From Nostoc sp. (GTDB lineage Bacteria > Cyanobacteriota > Cyanobacteriia > Cyanobacteriales > Nostocaceae), in the NCBI GenBank assembly GCA_036918135.1, contig JBALDB010000069.1, positions 1 through 64,000 on the forward strand: a stretch of DNA of 64,000 bases, in the 5' to 3' direction. Position numbers and translations under genes: made by a program. The notes beneath the pieces are model-generated. The model did not search any database and had not been told where the DNA came from. It saw only the letters and a list, made by a program, of their open reading frames with translations. This document shows, piece after piece, positions 8,076-18,900 of the stretch. Position 1 is the first letter of the stretch. The number at the start of each line of letters is the position of its first letter.

Positions 8076-11000
8076 ATGATTCCAGTGAGTATTGCCGGAT
8101 ATCACCTGAGCGAACAACTCCACGATAGTTCCAAAACCTTGGTTTATCGAGGGTATCGAGAGACTGACTCTTTACCTGTAGTTATTAAACTGCTGAATAA
8201 TGCTTATCCGAGTTTTAGCGAACTGGTGCAATTTCGCAATCAGTATACGATCGCCAGAAATCTGAACTCAGACTTAATTATCCAAATCTATAGCCTAGAA
8301 CCCTACCAAAACGGTTACGCATTAGTAATGGAAGATTTTGGAGGAATTTCTTTAAAGGATTATTTTACCTCTAGAGAAACAGTACATACAAAGTTTCTAG
8401 AAGAATTTTTACTTTTAGCGATCGCCCTCTGCAACGCCTTAGAAATATTGTACCGTGAGCGGATAATTCATAAAGATATTAAACCTGCCAATATTTTAAT
8501 TAATCCCCAAACCAAACAAATAAAATTAATAGATTTTAGTATTGCATCTTTACTACCACGAGAAACCCAAACACTCGTTAATCCCAATATATTAGAAGGC
8601 ACACTCGCTTATATTTCCCCTGAACAAACAGGCAGAATGAATCGGGGAATTGACTATCGAACTGATTTTTATTCTTTAGGTGTAACTTTCTTTGAATTAC
8701 TCACAGGTGAGTTACCTTTTCTATCAAATGACCCGATGGAGTTAGTGCATTGCCATATTGCTAAAATACCTGCGACAATAAGGAACAGGGAACTCTTAAC
8801 TCTTAACAGAGAACAGATTCCGCAAGTGTTGTCAGATATTGTCATGAAATTGATGGCAAAGAATGCTGAAGACAGATATCAGAGTGCATTAGGACTAAAA
8901 TTTGATTTAGAAAAATGTTTATATCAACTAAGAGAAACTGGTCAAATTGAATACTTTGAAATTGCCCAACGCGATGTGTGCGATCGCTTCATTATCCCCG
9001 ATAAACTTTATGGACGAGAAACAGAAGTAGAAATTCTACTCCAAGCATTTGATAGAGTCAGCCAGGGTGCAACAGAAATAATGCTGGTAGCTGGATTTTC
9101 GGGTATTGGGAAAACAGCAGTTGTTAACGAAGTTTACAAACCAATTGTGCGACAACGTGGCTATTTTATCAAAGGTAAATTTGACCAATTTCAGCGTAAT
9201 ATTCCTTTAGGTGCTTTTGTGCAAGCATTCCGGGATTTATTGGGGCAGTTGCTTACAGAAAGCGATGCTCAAATTCAACAATGGAAAAGCCAAATATTAA
9301 AGGCTGTTGGCGAAAATGGACAAGTAATTATTGAAGTCATCCCAGAATTAGAGAAAATTATTGGTCAACAACCACCAGCACCAGAATTATCAGGAACGGC
9401 TGCCCAAAATAGATTTAATTTATTATTCCAAAACTTTACTCAAGTATTTACCACTGCTGCACATCCATTGGTGATATTTTTAGATGATTTGCAATGGGCA
9501 GATTCAGCGTCACTGAATTTAATGCAATTATTAATGGCTGATACAGGGTATCTTTTTTTAATTGGTGCCTATCGTGATAATGAAGTTCAACCAGCACATC
9601 CATTAATGTGGACTTTGAGTGAAATTGCTAAAACAAAAACAACAATTAATACGATTAATTTAGCACCATTGAGTCAAATCAAAACAAATCAGTTAATTGC
9701 CGATACACTTAAATGCACAGATAAATTAGCATGGACATTTTCTAAACTGGTATTTCAAAAAACTCAAGGTAATCCATTTTTTACAACTCAGTTTATTAAA
9801 GCATTATATCAAGATAAACTTATTCAATTTAATTTTGAGTCAGGCTGTTGGGAATGTGATATTGCACGGGTGAGTCAGCAAGCGGTAACAGATAATGTTG
9901 TTGATTTTATGGCATTTCAGTTACAAAAACTTCCGCAATCAACTCAAGATATGTTGCAATTAGCGGCTTGTATTGGCAATCAGTTTGATTTACCAACTTT
10001 GGCTATTGTTTCTGAAAATTCACAAATAGAAACAGCAGCTTGTTTGTGGAAAGCCTTACAAGAAGGGTTGATTTTGCCTACTGGTGATATTTATAAATTT
10101 TATGTCGGTCAAGAAAGTCAAACAGTTACTCAAGAAATTCAAGAGACTATCATATATAAATTTTTGCACGATCGCGTCCAGCAAGCTGCATACTCTCTTA
10201 TCCCTGAAAAGCAAAAAAAAGCTACCCATCTACAAATAGGTAAACTATTACTTGAAAATACATCTGCACTCAAAGAGGAAGACAAAATTTTTGAAATTGT
10301 TAATCAGTTAAATATTGCATTAATACTGATTGTCGATCCGATTGAACGAAAGCAACTCGTTAAATTGAATTTGAAAGCAGGTACGAAAGCGAAATTGGCA
10401 ACTGCTTATACCTTAGCAGTTGAATATTTAACAATAGGTTTACAACTTTTACCTCACGAGAGTTGGTACAGCCAGTACGAACTAACACTAGCACTATATC
10501 AATCCATTACAGAAGTACTTTGTCTGAGTGGTGACTTTGAACGCATGGAAAGCTATGCAACCGTCGTTCTCCAGCAAGCAAAAACCTTCCTCGAACAAAT
10601 TCCGATCTACAATCTTAAGATTCAAGCCTACATGGCGCAGGCGCAGCATAAGAATGCTTTGCAAATCGCACTCACTGTTCTTCAATCAATAGGAGTGGAA
10701 CTGCCTCAACAAGTCAATCAAACTGATATCGAGTGGGAACTAGAACAAACAAAGCGTCTTTTAGCAGATAAATCAGCGACAGATTTACTAAAACTGCCAA
10801 AAATGACTGATGTGAATATCCTGGCAGCAATGCAAATTTTATCGAGTATTATGTCAGCTGCCTATCAAGCAGCTCCAACATTGTTTCGAGTAATTGTTTT
10901 TAAACAAGTTCAGCTGTCAATTCTTTATGGTAATGCTCCAGAATCTACCTATGCCTATGCTAGTTATGGACTTATACTCTGCGGTGTTCTAGGAGAAATT

Positions 11001-14000
11001 GATAGAGGATATGAGTTTGGAGAAATGGCATTACTATTGCTTGACGATTTAAATGCTTTCAAACTGAAATCAAAAACTTTATTTGCAGTAAATTGTTTTA
11101 TCCGACATTGGAAATCACCTGTTAAAGAAACCTTAAATCCTCTTTTGCAAGCCTATACGAGTGGTTTAGAAACTGGAGATATTGAATATGCTGTGATGTC
11201 TGCCTATGTTTTTGGCAGATATGCCTATTTGAGCGGTTACGGGTTACACGAATTAGCCCAAGCTATGGGAAACTATGGCACAATTATGCATCAATTTAAG
11301 CAAACTACCTATTTAAATTTTAATAGTATCTATTATCAATCAGTTTTAAATTTATTAGGAATGGCAGACAGCCCTTGTCTTTTAGTTGGGGAAATTTATG
11401 ATGAAGTAACAATGTTACCTATGCATCATGCTGCCAATCAAATCAGTATTATTTGCCAGCTTCATTTTTGTAAATTACTTTTGTGTTATCTCTTTGGTAA
11501 CTATCAAGAAGCACTAAAAAATGCAGCTATTGTAGAGCAATATTTAACTAGTGTAACTGGATTAGTGCTAATTCCGATATTTTATTTTTACGAATCTTTG
11601 ACTAATTTAGCCTTATATAATGACTGCTCAATGACTGAGCAAAAATTAATTATTGAACGAGTAACAGAAACTCGTAAAAAGCTCAAAAAATGGGCACAGA
11701 GTGCGCCAAAGAATTATGCTCATAAATTCAACTTGGTAGAAGCTGAAAGCTTTCGGATATCAGGACAAAAAACTGAAGCAATAGAATTATACGATCGCGC
11801 CATTTCTCTTGCTCATATAAACGGCTATATTCAAGAAGAAGCACTGAGCAACGAACTTGCAGCCAAATTCTACCTTGACTGGGGTAAAGAAAAAGTCGCC
11901 CAAGCATATATGCAAGAAGCATACTATTGTTATGCTCGCTGGGGAGCAAAAGCCAAAATTGATGACTTAGCAAAATATTATCCGACACTGTTACAACCTA
12001 TCCTCCAACAACAACGAATTAATCTCAATCCCTCAGAAACTATTGCCTTTGGGCGAAATTCTTTATCCACTTATACTTCTACGATTAACATTAATAATAT
12101 TTTTGATATTCTAGATTTTACCTCTGTCCTCAAAGCCTCTCAAGCTATCTCCAGTTCTTTGGAAATAGACCAACTCATTACCAGTCTCACCCGGATTATC
12201 CTAGAAAACTCTGGCGCGAAAAAATCTGTACTAATTCTTCCTGAAGAAAATACTTGGCAAGTTAGGGCAATTACTTTTATTAATCACGGATCGAATTTGG
12301 AGATTCAAATCCAAACCATTCTCAATTCGCAACCGTTAGATACTTGTCAAGATATTCCCCAAAATCTGATTAATTATGTCAAAAATACCCAACAAACAGT
12401 TGTAATTGATAACTTGCAAACAGATATTCCTGGAGGAATTGGGGAATATATGTATCGAACAAAACCCCAGAGTGTGTTATGTACACCAATTATTAATCAA
12501 GGACATTTGGTCGGGATTATTTACTTAGAAAATAAACTGACTCCAGGCGTTTTTACTAGCGATCGCCTCAGTATGATTAACCTGCTTTCCTCACAAGCAG
12601 CAATATCTTTAGAAAATGCTCGACTTTATCAAGAATCTCAAGCAAAAGCTCAACAGCTAAAACAATCTTTAACACAACAAAATACTTTGTTCAATGTTGT
12701 TAACCAGATGCGAAATTCTTTAGACTTGGATGCTATCTTCTGTGCAGTTACTCAAAATATTCGTCGGATTCTCAACGCCGATCGCGTGGGAATTTATCAC
12801 TTCGATCTAGATTTAAATTATGAATATGGTGAGTTCATTGCCGAAGATGTACTACCTGCATTTCCTTCTGCCTTAGTGGTCAAAATTCAAGATCATTGCT
12901 TTGGTAAGAAATATGCAAATCTCTATAAACAGGGACGCATTTGTGCAATCAATGATTTACAAACGACTGACATTTTAGATTGTCATCGGCAAATTTTAGC
13001 ACAATTTCATGTGAGAGCATCATTAGTTGTGCCAATTATGCAAGACGATGAACTTTGGGGATTACTGTGCATTCACCAATGCGCGAACCCTCGGAAATGG
13101 GAAGCTTCTGAGATTCAATTTGCCCAACAAGTCGCCGCCCAAATGGGAGTTGCACTGAAGCAAACAGATTTATTAATTAAAACTCAAAAACAAGCAACCC
13201 AACTTGAGCAAACACTCCAGCATCTCCAACAAACCCAACTTCAGTTAGTTCAAAGCGAGAAAATGTCTGCTTTAGGTAATTTAGTTGCAGGGGTAGGTCA
13301 TGAAATGAATAATCCCTTAGGTTTTATTGCTGCTAGTCTCCAGCAAGTTAAACCCAGCCTTGTAGATATTGTTGAACACTTGAAACTCTATCAAGAAAGT
13401 CTCCCCAATCCAGGTGATAAAATTATCGACCATGCCGAAGAAATCGACTTAGACTATAGCTTAGAAGATTTACCCAAGATAATTGATTCTATGACTATGG
13501 CGTGCGATCGCCTGAAAAATATTAGCACAAGTCTCCGCATTTTCTCTCGTGCCGATCAAGATTATAAAGTGCCATTTAACATCCACGAAGGCATCGATAG
13601 CACAATTTTAATTCTTCAACATCGCTTGAAGGCAAATCAACAACGTCCAGCTATTGAAATAATAAAGAACTATAATAATTTACCTCAAATAAAGTGTTTT
13701 CCTGGTCAATTAAATCAAGTTTTTATGAATCTTCTAGCAAATGCTATTGATGCATTAGAAGAATCAAACAACGGACGTATGTTTGCAGATATTCAAGATA
13801 ATCCTAATAGAATTATCATTACAACTTTCATTATTAATAATCAAGTTAAAGTTACTATTGCAGATAATGGTAATGGCATAGATGAACAAGTAAAACAAAA
13901 AATATTTGACCATTTATTTACTACAAAAACTGTTGATAAAGGAACGGGATTAGGACTGGCGATTGCTAAGTCTATCGTTGAAGAAATACACGGTGGTAAA

Positions 14001-14060
14001 TTGAGTTTTAACTCAGTTATGGGTAAAGGAACAGAATTTATCATTGAAATTCCGGTATAA
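8076..14060 (+). CDS. Ser/Thr kinase-AAA ATPase-GAF-GAF(cyanobacteriochrome)-histidine kinase
   Basis: IIHKDIKPANIL/IDFS kinase; AGFSGIGKT and VIFLDDLQWAD ATPase; first GAF (YLEN); second GAF with DHCF and CH; H-box GHEMNNP; HATPase DNGNG/GTGLGL. Confidence 0.92.
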   Translation: MIPVSIAGYHLSEQLHDSSKTLVYRGYRETDSLPVVIKLLNNAYPSFSELVQFRNQYTIARNLNSDLIIQIYSLEPYQNGYALVMEDFGGISLKDYFTSRETVHTKFLEEFLLLAIALCNALEILYRERIIHKDIKPANILINPQTKQIKLIDFSIASLLPRETQTLVNPNILEGTLAYISPEQTGRMNRGIDYRTDFYSLGVTFFELLTGELPFLSNDPMELVHCHIAKIPATIRNRELLTLNREQIPQVLSDIVMKLMAKNAEDRYQSALGLKFDLEKCLYQLRETGQIEYFEIAQRDVCDRFIIPDKLYGRETEVEILLQAFDRVSQGATEIMLVAGFSGIGKTAVVNEVYKPIVRQRGYFIKGKFDQFQRNIPLGAFVQAFRDLLGQLLTESDAQIQQWKSQILKAVGENGQVIIEVIPELEKIIGQQPPAPELSGTAAQNRFNLLFQNFTQVFTTAAHPLVIFLDDLQWADSASLNLMQLLMADTGYLFLIGAYRDNEVQPAHPLMWTLSEIAKTKTTINTINLAPLSQIKTNQLIADTLKCTDKLAWTFSKLVFQKTQGNPFFTTQFIKALYQDKLIQFNFESGCWECDIARVSQQAVTDNVVDFMAFQLQKLPQSTQDMLQLAACIGNQFDLPTLAIVSENSQIETAACLWKALQEGLILPTGDIYKFYVGQESQTVTQEIQETIIYKFLHDRVQQAAYSLIPEKQKKATHLQIGKLLLENTSALKEEDKIFEIVNQLNIALILIVDPIERKQLVKLNLKAGTKAKLATAYTLAVEYLTIGLQLLPHESWYSQYELTLALYQSITEVLCLSGDFERMESYATVVLQQAKTFLEQIPIYNLKIQAYMAQAQHKNALQIALTVLQSIGVELPQQVNQTDIEWELEQTKRLLADKSATDLLKLPKMTDVNILAAMQILSSIMSAAYQAAPTLFRVIVFKQVQLSILYGNAPESTYAYASYGLILCGVLGEIDRGYEFGEMALLLLDDLNAFKLKSKTLFAVNCFIRHWKSPVKETLNPLLQAYTSGLETGDIEYAVMSAYVFGRYAYLSGYGLHELAQAMGNYGTIMHQFKQTTYLNFNSIYYQSVLNLLGMADSPCLLVGEIYDEVTMLPMHHAANQISIICQLHFCKLLLCYLFGNYQEALKNAAIVEQYLTSVTGLVLIPIFYFYESLTNLALYNDCSMTEQKLIIERVTETRKKLKKWAQSAPKNYAHKFNLVEAESFRISGQKTEAIELYDRAISLAHINGYIQEEALSNELAAKFYLDWGKEKVAQAYMQEAYYCYARWGAKAKIDDLAKYYPTLLQPILQQQRINLNPSETIAFGRNSLSTYTSTININNIFDILDFTSVLKASQAISSSLEIDQLITSLTRIILENSGAKKSVLILPEENTWQVRAITFINHGSNLEIQIQTILNSQPLDTCQDIPQNLINYVKNTQQTVVIDNLQTDIPGGIGEYMYRTKPQSVLCTPIINQGHLVGIIYLENKLTPGVFTSDRLSMINLLSSQAAISLENARLYQESQAKAQQLKQSLTQQNTLFNVVNQMRNSLDLDAIFCAVTQNIRRILNADRVGIYHFDLDLNYEYGEFIAEDVLPAFPSALVVKIQDHCFGKKYANLYKQGRICAINDLQTTDILDCHRQILAQFHVRASLVVPIMQDDELWGLLCIHQCANPRKWEASEIQFAQQVAAQMGVALKQTDLLIKTQKQATQLEQTLQHLQQTQLQLVQSEKMSALGNLVAGVGHEMNNPLGFIAASLQQVKPSLVDIVEHLKLYQESLPNPGDKIIDHAEEIDLDYSLEDLPKIIDSMTMACDRLKNISTSLRIFSRADQDYKVPFNIHEGIDSTILILQHRLKANQQRPAIEIIKNYNNLPQIKCFPGQLNQVFMNLLANAIDALEESNNGRMFADIQDNPNRIIITTFIINNQVKVTIADNGNGIDEQVKQKIFDHLFTTKTVDKGTGLGLAIAKSIVEEIHGGKLSFNSVMGKGTEFIIEIPV

Positions 14061-14080
14061 CTTATGGCGATTTGGGTAAA

Positions 14081-14378
14081 ATGAATCGGGGGATTGACTA
14101 TCACCTAGCAAATTATTATAGAAAAACATGGTGGCACTCTAGATGTCAATTCTACACTAGGTGAGGCAACTGATATCATGTCCGGTTGAATACTTATGAT
14201 ATCTGTGAAGCTCGATAATGCTTCGGTGAGGCTCAGCATGAATGGGTAATGGGTAATTATTTCTTTCCAATTACCAATTACCAATTACCAATTACCAAAA
14301 AGACCAACCATATTGTCAGTAATTAGCCGAACTTGATATGAATTTACCATTATCATATCGATTTTGGCTCAGACTTAG
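14081..14378 (+). pseudogene. Remnant of a further Ser/Thr-His kinase paralog (kinase fragment joined to HATPase C-terminus), split by a MITE
   Basis: 14081-14102 encodes MNRGIDY (21/22 nt identical to 8637-8658); from 14109 the frame reads QIIIEKHGGTLDVNSTLGEAT[MITE]EFTIIISI. Confidence 0.75.
14174..14338. mobile_element. MITE-like element (TATCATG family, copy 1)
   Basis: Terminal inverted repeats TATCATGTCCGG / CCGAACTTGATA, 3-bp TGA duplication on both sides, internal (CCAATTA)n; closely related to 36334-36549. Confidence 0.85.
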
Positions 14379-14520
14379 GGTTAACGCAGGGCGATGTATT
14401 GTCACTACTTTCCACCCTCAGCGACACACTGAGGTATTTTAATCAAAACATAAAGCATATTTAAACAAGTAAATATACTAATATAATAGAATACATTTTT
14501 TGAGAAGCTAATAGATTGAT

Positions 14521-15018
14521 ATGCGCCTGTCTATCATTATCAGTGTCGGCTTGTTGGTATTTACAGGTCTCAACTTACCAGTCATGTCTCAACCTCCCGT
14601 AGAGATAGGACAATCAGTAGCGAATAATAACTTGGCTCAAAGACGGTTAAATTTTAATCGCCGTTTGTGGAATTATAAAAATATTTCCAACTATCGCTAT
14701 ACATTTAGTAACAGTTGCTTTTGTATACAAGACGCTAGAGGCCCAGTAATTATTGAAGTACGTAATGGTCAAACAAAGTCAATTATTTCTGTAGCTACAG
14801 GTAAACCAGTTGAGAATCGACAATTCTTTAACAACTACAACACAATTCCTAAGCTTTTTAATGTCATTCAAGATGCTATCAACCGTAAAGCCTACAGCCT
14901 GAATGTACGCTATAATCCAAGATACGGCTATCCAACTCAAATTGATGTTGATTACAACAGTCAAATAGCTGATGAAGAAATATATCTGACAATTGACAAT
15001 TTTCAAGAAATTAAATAA
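14521..15018 (+). CDS. DUF6174-like secreted protein
   Basis: Signal peptide; YRYT...SCFC...PV.IEVRNG...TI..LF..I...Y.P.YGYPT.I..D....ADEE. Confidence 0.75.
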   Translation: MRLSIIISVGLLVFTGLNLPVMSQPPVEIGQSVANNNLAQRRLNFNRRLWNYKNISNYRYTFSNSCFCIQDARGPVIIEVRNGQTKSIISVATGKPVENRQFFNNYNTIPKLFNVIQDAINRKAYSLNVRYNPRYGYPTQIDVDYNSQIADEEIYLTIDNFQEIK

Positions 15019-15589
15019 ATATTCAGCTAATTATTGCTTAGTATAAACTGAATAAAATTTGATACTTTCCTAAAAAGGCAAGTATTAATTCAAAAGTTAG
15101 AATCCAGAAGATTGGAAAATTAAGCGTGCTATGGCTTCGTCATTTGATGAAGCTAATTAAGCTTAGTATTAAAGTCTTCTGAATTCTAACTTTTGTTTAT
15201 TGTATTATTATTCGTTTCGTTTGAGATTTTACACGGTGAGGGCTTGCAGAGGCGATCGCTTTTATCCCTCTCCTAAGAAATAAGGCAGGAGGCAGGAGGC
15301 AGGAGGGAAGAGGATTTGACTTGTTTCTTCCATCCATAACGGAAGCTAGCGCGTCCGTAAACAGCTTCTGTCACTTTCCGAAAACATTTGCCATTTTTGT
15401 ATTCTAGAGCTTTTATATAGCAAGCGTAGGCGCGATTCTTTTCTAAGAACAAATACAAGACCCATTTTTTCTAATAGTATAGCTTGTATTGATTGCCTCA
15501 TCAGGCTTCTAGCAAGCGCCCTCCCAGAAACTGACACAAGAGGGTTATCAGTGAACCCAGAAGGATTGTTACAAATTTAAAATTAGGAC

Positions 15590-15750
15590 TGTTGACCCTT
15601 CGACTTACCTCGGCTTCTCTACGGTAGCTTGCTTTCCCGTAGAGGTACGCTCGGCACAGGTCGCTCTCTTTCAACGGTTTGACTTCTCTACGAGACGCTA
15701 CGCGTAGCTTGCTTCCCCACAGGGGTACGCTCACCGTTGACCCTTTGACT
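15590..15750. repeat. Cluster of small dispersed GC-rich repeats in a TTGAC-type STRR tract
   Basis: GTAGCTTGCTT.CCC..AG.GGTACGC at 15624-15650 and 15704-15730; CTTCTCTACGAGACGCTACGCG near 15683; same units in reverse orientation near 22940 and 41505. Confidence 0.75.
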
Positions 15751-15911
15751 TCCCCGCAAAGGCTGACTACGGAGTTACTATTCTCACTTTTACACCTCTG
15801 TATGTACCCCTTTGCTCCTCATCTCCCTCATTCCCTTGTACTAAGTGTTGTACAACTTATTTTAGTGGGAATACTAACTAAAACATTATTAACACTGTAT
15901 TATAAGCAACT

Positions 15912-18900
15912 ATGGTGATAGCATCAGTTAGACTTCCAGGTTTCCAGGTTCACGAACAAATATATGCAGGAGGTAGAAGCGTTATCTACCGGGGAATTAG
16001 AGAACAAGATTTACATCCTGTGATTCTGAAAGTGATGCAGAACGAACATCCTAACTTCAATGAAATCGTCCAGTTTCGTAACCAGTATACTATTACTAAA
16101 AATCTTGATACTACAGGGATTATCAAACCATATAGCCTCGAACAATATAGGAATGGCTATGTCTTAGTAATGGAAGATGATAGCAGTATCTCCTTATCCA
16201 GTTATATCAATCAACATACTAGTAAAGATAAATTTATTTCCTTAGAAGAATTTTTTTACATTGCCATTACGACTACTACAATCCTTGGCGAACTTCACCG
16301 CCAACGCATTATTCACAAAGATATTAAACCTGCTAATATTCTGATTCATCCACAAACTAAGCAAGTTAAACTAATTGATTTTTCTATCGCTTCTCTACTA
16401 CCACGAGAAACTCAACAGCTACAAAATCCTAATGTTTTAGAAGGAACCCTAGCATATATTTCTCCAGAACAAACTGGAAGAATGAATCGAGGAATTGATT
16501 ACCGTACAGATTTCTATTCTTTAGGTATCAGTTTTTATGAAATACTAACTGGACAATTGCCTTTTAAGTCATTAGAGCCAATGGAGTTAGTCTACTGTCA
16601 TCTTGCCAAACAACCTATCGCTTTGGAGCAATTTAAAATTCCCTTAGCAGTTTCGGATATTGTGAGCAAGTTGATGGCGAAAAATGCTGAAGACAGATAT
16701 CAAAGTGCTTCTGGTTTGAAGTATGATTTGGAGTGGTGTTGTTGTCAATGGCAAGAAAAAAGAGCGATCGCTCCCTTCAAACTCGCACAAACAGATATTA
16801 GCGATCGCTTTTTGATTCCAGAAAAACTCTATGGTCGTCAAAGTGAGGTAGAGACGTTACTAACAGTATTTGACCGAGTTGCAGGAAATACAGAACAGAT
16901 AAGTCAAGCCTCAAAACGAGCGCACAGAAGCGAACTAATTTTGATAGCAGGTTTTTCTGGTATTGGCAAAACTGCTGTGGTGAATGAAGTTCACAAGCCA
17001 ATTGTTCGGCAGAAAGGGTATTTTATTGAAGGCAAGTTCGACCAGTTTCAACGTAACATTCCCTTCTTTGCCTTTGTACAGGCATTGCAAGATTTAATGT
17101 TACAAATTCTCACCCAAAGCGATACACAAATTACTCAATGGAAGACTAAAATTCTGGCTGCATTAGGGGATAATGCTCAAGTTATTATTGACGTAATTCC
17201 TGAACTGATAAGAATTGTTGGCGCACAACCACAAGTAACAGAACTTTTTGGAAATGCGGCTCAAAAACGATTTAATCGCTTATTTCGTAAATTTATTCAG
17301 GTCTTTACCAGCCCAGAACATCCATTAGTGATATTTTTAGATGATTTACAGTGGGCTGATACAGCATCGCTTCAGTTGCTACAGATGTTAATGACTGAAA
17401 AAAAAATTAGTCATTTATTAATAATTGGAGCATATCGAGATAATGAAGTTTCGCACACCCATCCCTTAATGCTAACGTTAGATGAAATTCGTAATTCTCA
17501 ACATCAACAGTCAATAACGACTATTACTTTAGCTCCACTTACTACTAAAGATATCAATCATTTATTTGCAGATACCCTTATTTGTACCTCAGCAGAGGCA
17601 TTACCGCTGACTCAATTAATTTATCAGAAAACACAAGGTAATCCTTTTTTTAGCCTTCAGATGTTAAAAACACTTCATGCAGAAGAACATATTACTTTTG
17701 CTCCTGAGGTTGGTAAGTGGCAATATGATTTGAATCAGGTACAAAATTTGAAACTAACGGATAATGTTGTGGAGTTTATGGTACTGCAATTGCAGAAGTT
17801 GCCAGAGGTGACGCAAGATGTCTTGAAGTTAGCAGCTTGTATTGGTAATACATTTGACTTGGCAACTCTGGCAATTGTGTATGAGAAATCTTTAGTGGAA
17901 ACCGCAGCGGATTTATGGTTAGCTTTAGCTGAAGGACTAATTCTGCCAACAAGTCAAACATATAAAGTTTTTCAACAATCAAATCAGCAATCTTGTCTGG
18001 AAAACTCAAATCTCCAATCCCAAACTTCATTGGATTTATCATTGCTGAATTCTGATAATTATATTTACGAATTCCTCCACGATCGCGTGCAACAAGCAGC
18101 ATATGCTTTAATTAACAAAGCACAAAAACAAATCACTCATTTGCAGATTGGGCAATTACTTATTCAAAATATACCTTCTGCAAAACAAGAGGAGCATATT
18201 TTTGAAATTGTCAATCATCTAAATATGGGATTACAATTGCTCGCTCAGCCAAACGAACAACAGCAAGTTGCTCAGTTAAATTTGCAAGCAGGACGTAAAG
18301 CCAAAAATTCTACAGCTTATGCCACAGCATCAGAATATTTAGCGATCGCCATGCAATTATTGGCTGATGATAGCTGGATACAACAATATGAATTAACTTA
18401 TGCGATTTATAAAGAACGTTCAATAGTTGAGTATCTCAACAGCAATTTTACTCAATCAAATGCACTGATTCAGCAAGCATTAATCCAAGCACAATCAGCG
18501 CTAGACAAAGCTGAATTATATTACTTGTTAATCGTGCAACATACACTCCAAGCAGATTATTCCCTAGCTATTCAAGCTGGTAAACAAGCCTTATTACTTC
18601 TAGGTATTAATTTACCAGACGATAATATACAATCTTTGATTGAGGCTAGAATTATCGGGATTAGAACTAGTTTGGAAAACCGGAAAATTATTTCTCTTTT
18701 GGATTTACCTGAAAATTCCAGCCCAATCTATCGTTGTGCTATTCAATTACTGATTAATTTAGATCCACCTACTTATATTACTTCGGCACTTGATTTATAT
18801 ACTTTGGTTACAGTTAAAGCAGTTAATCTGTCGATTCAACATGGCAATATTGCCGAATCTGCTAAAGCTTATGCCAATTATGGTTTTATTTTAGGTTCTG

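Noticed and set aside
15273..15918. Several short ORFs between DUF6174 and the second kinase
   Set aside because: Largely built from STRR and mini-repeat sequence (e.g. LLPPAS, ASRRE); no recognisable domain
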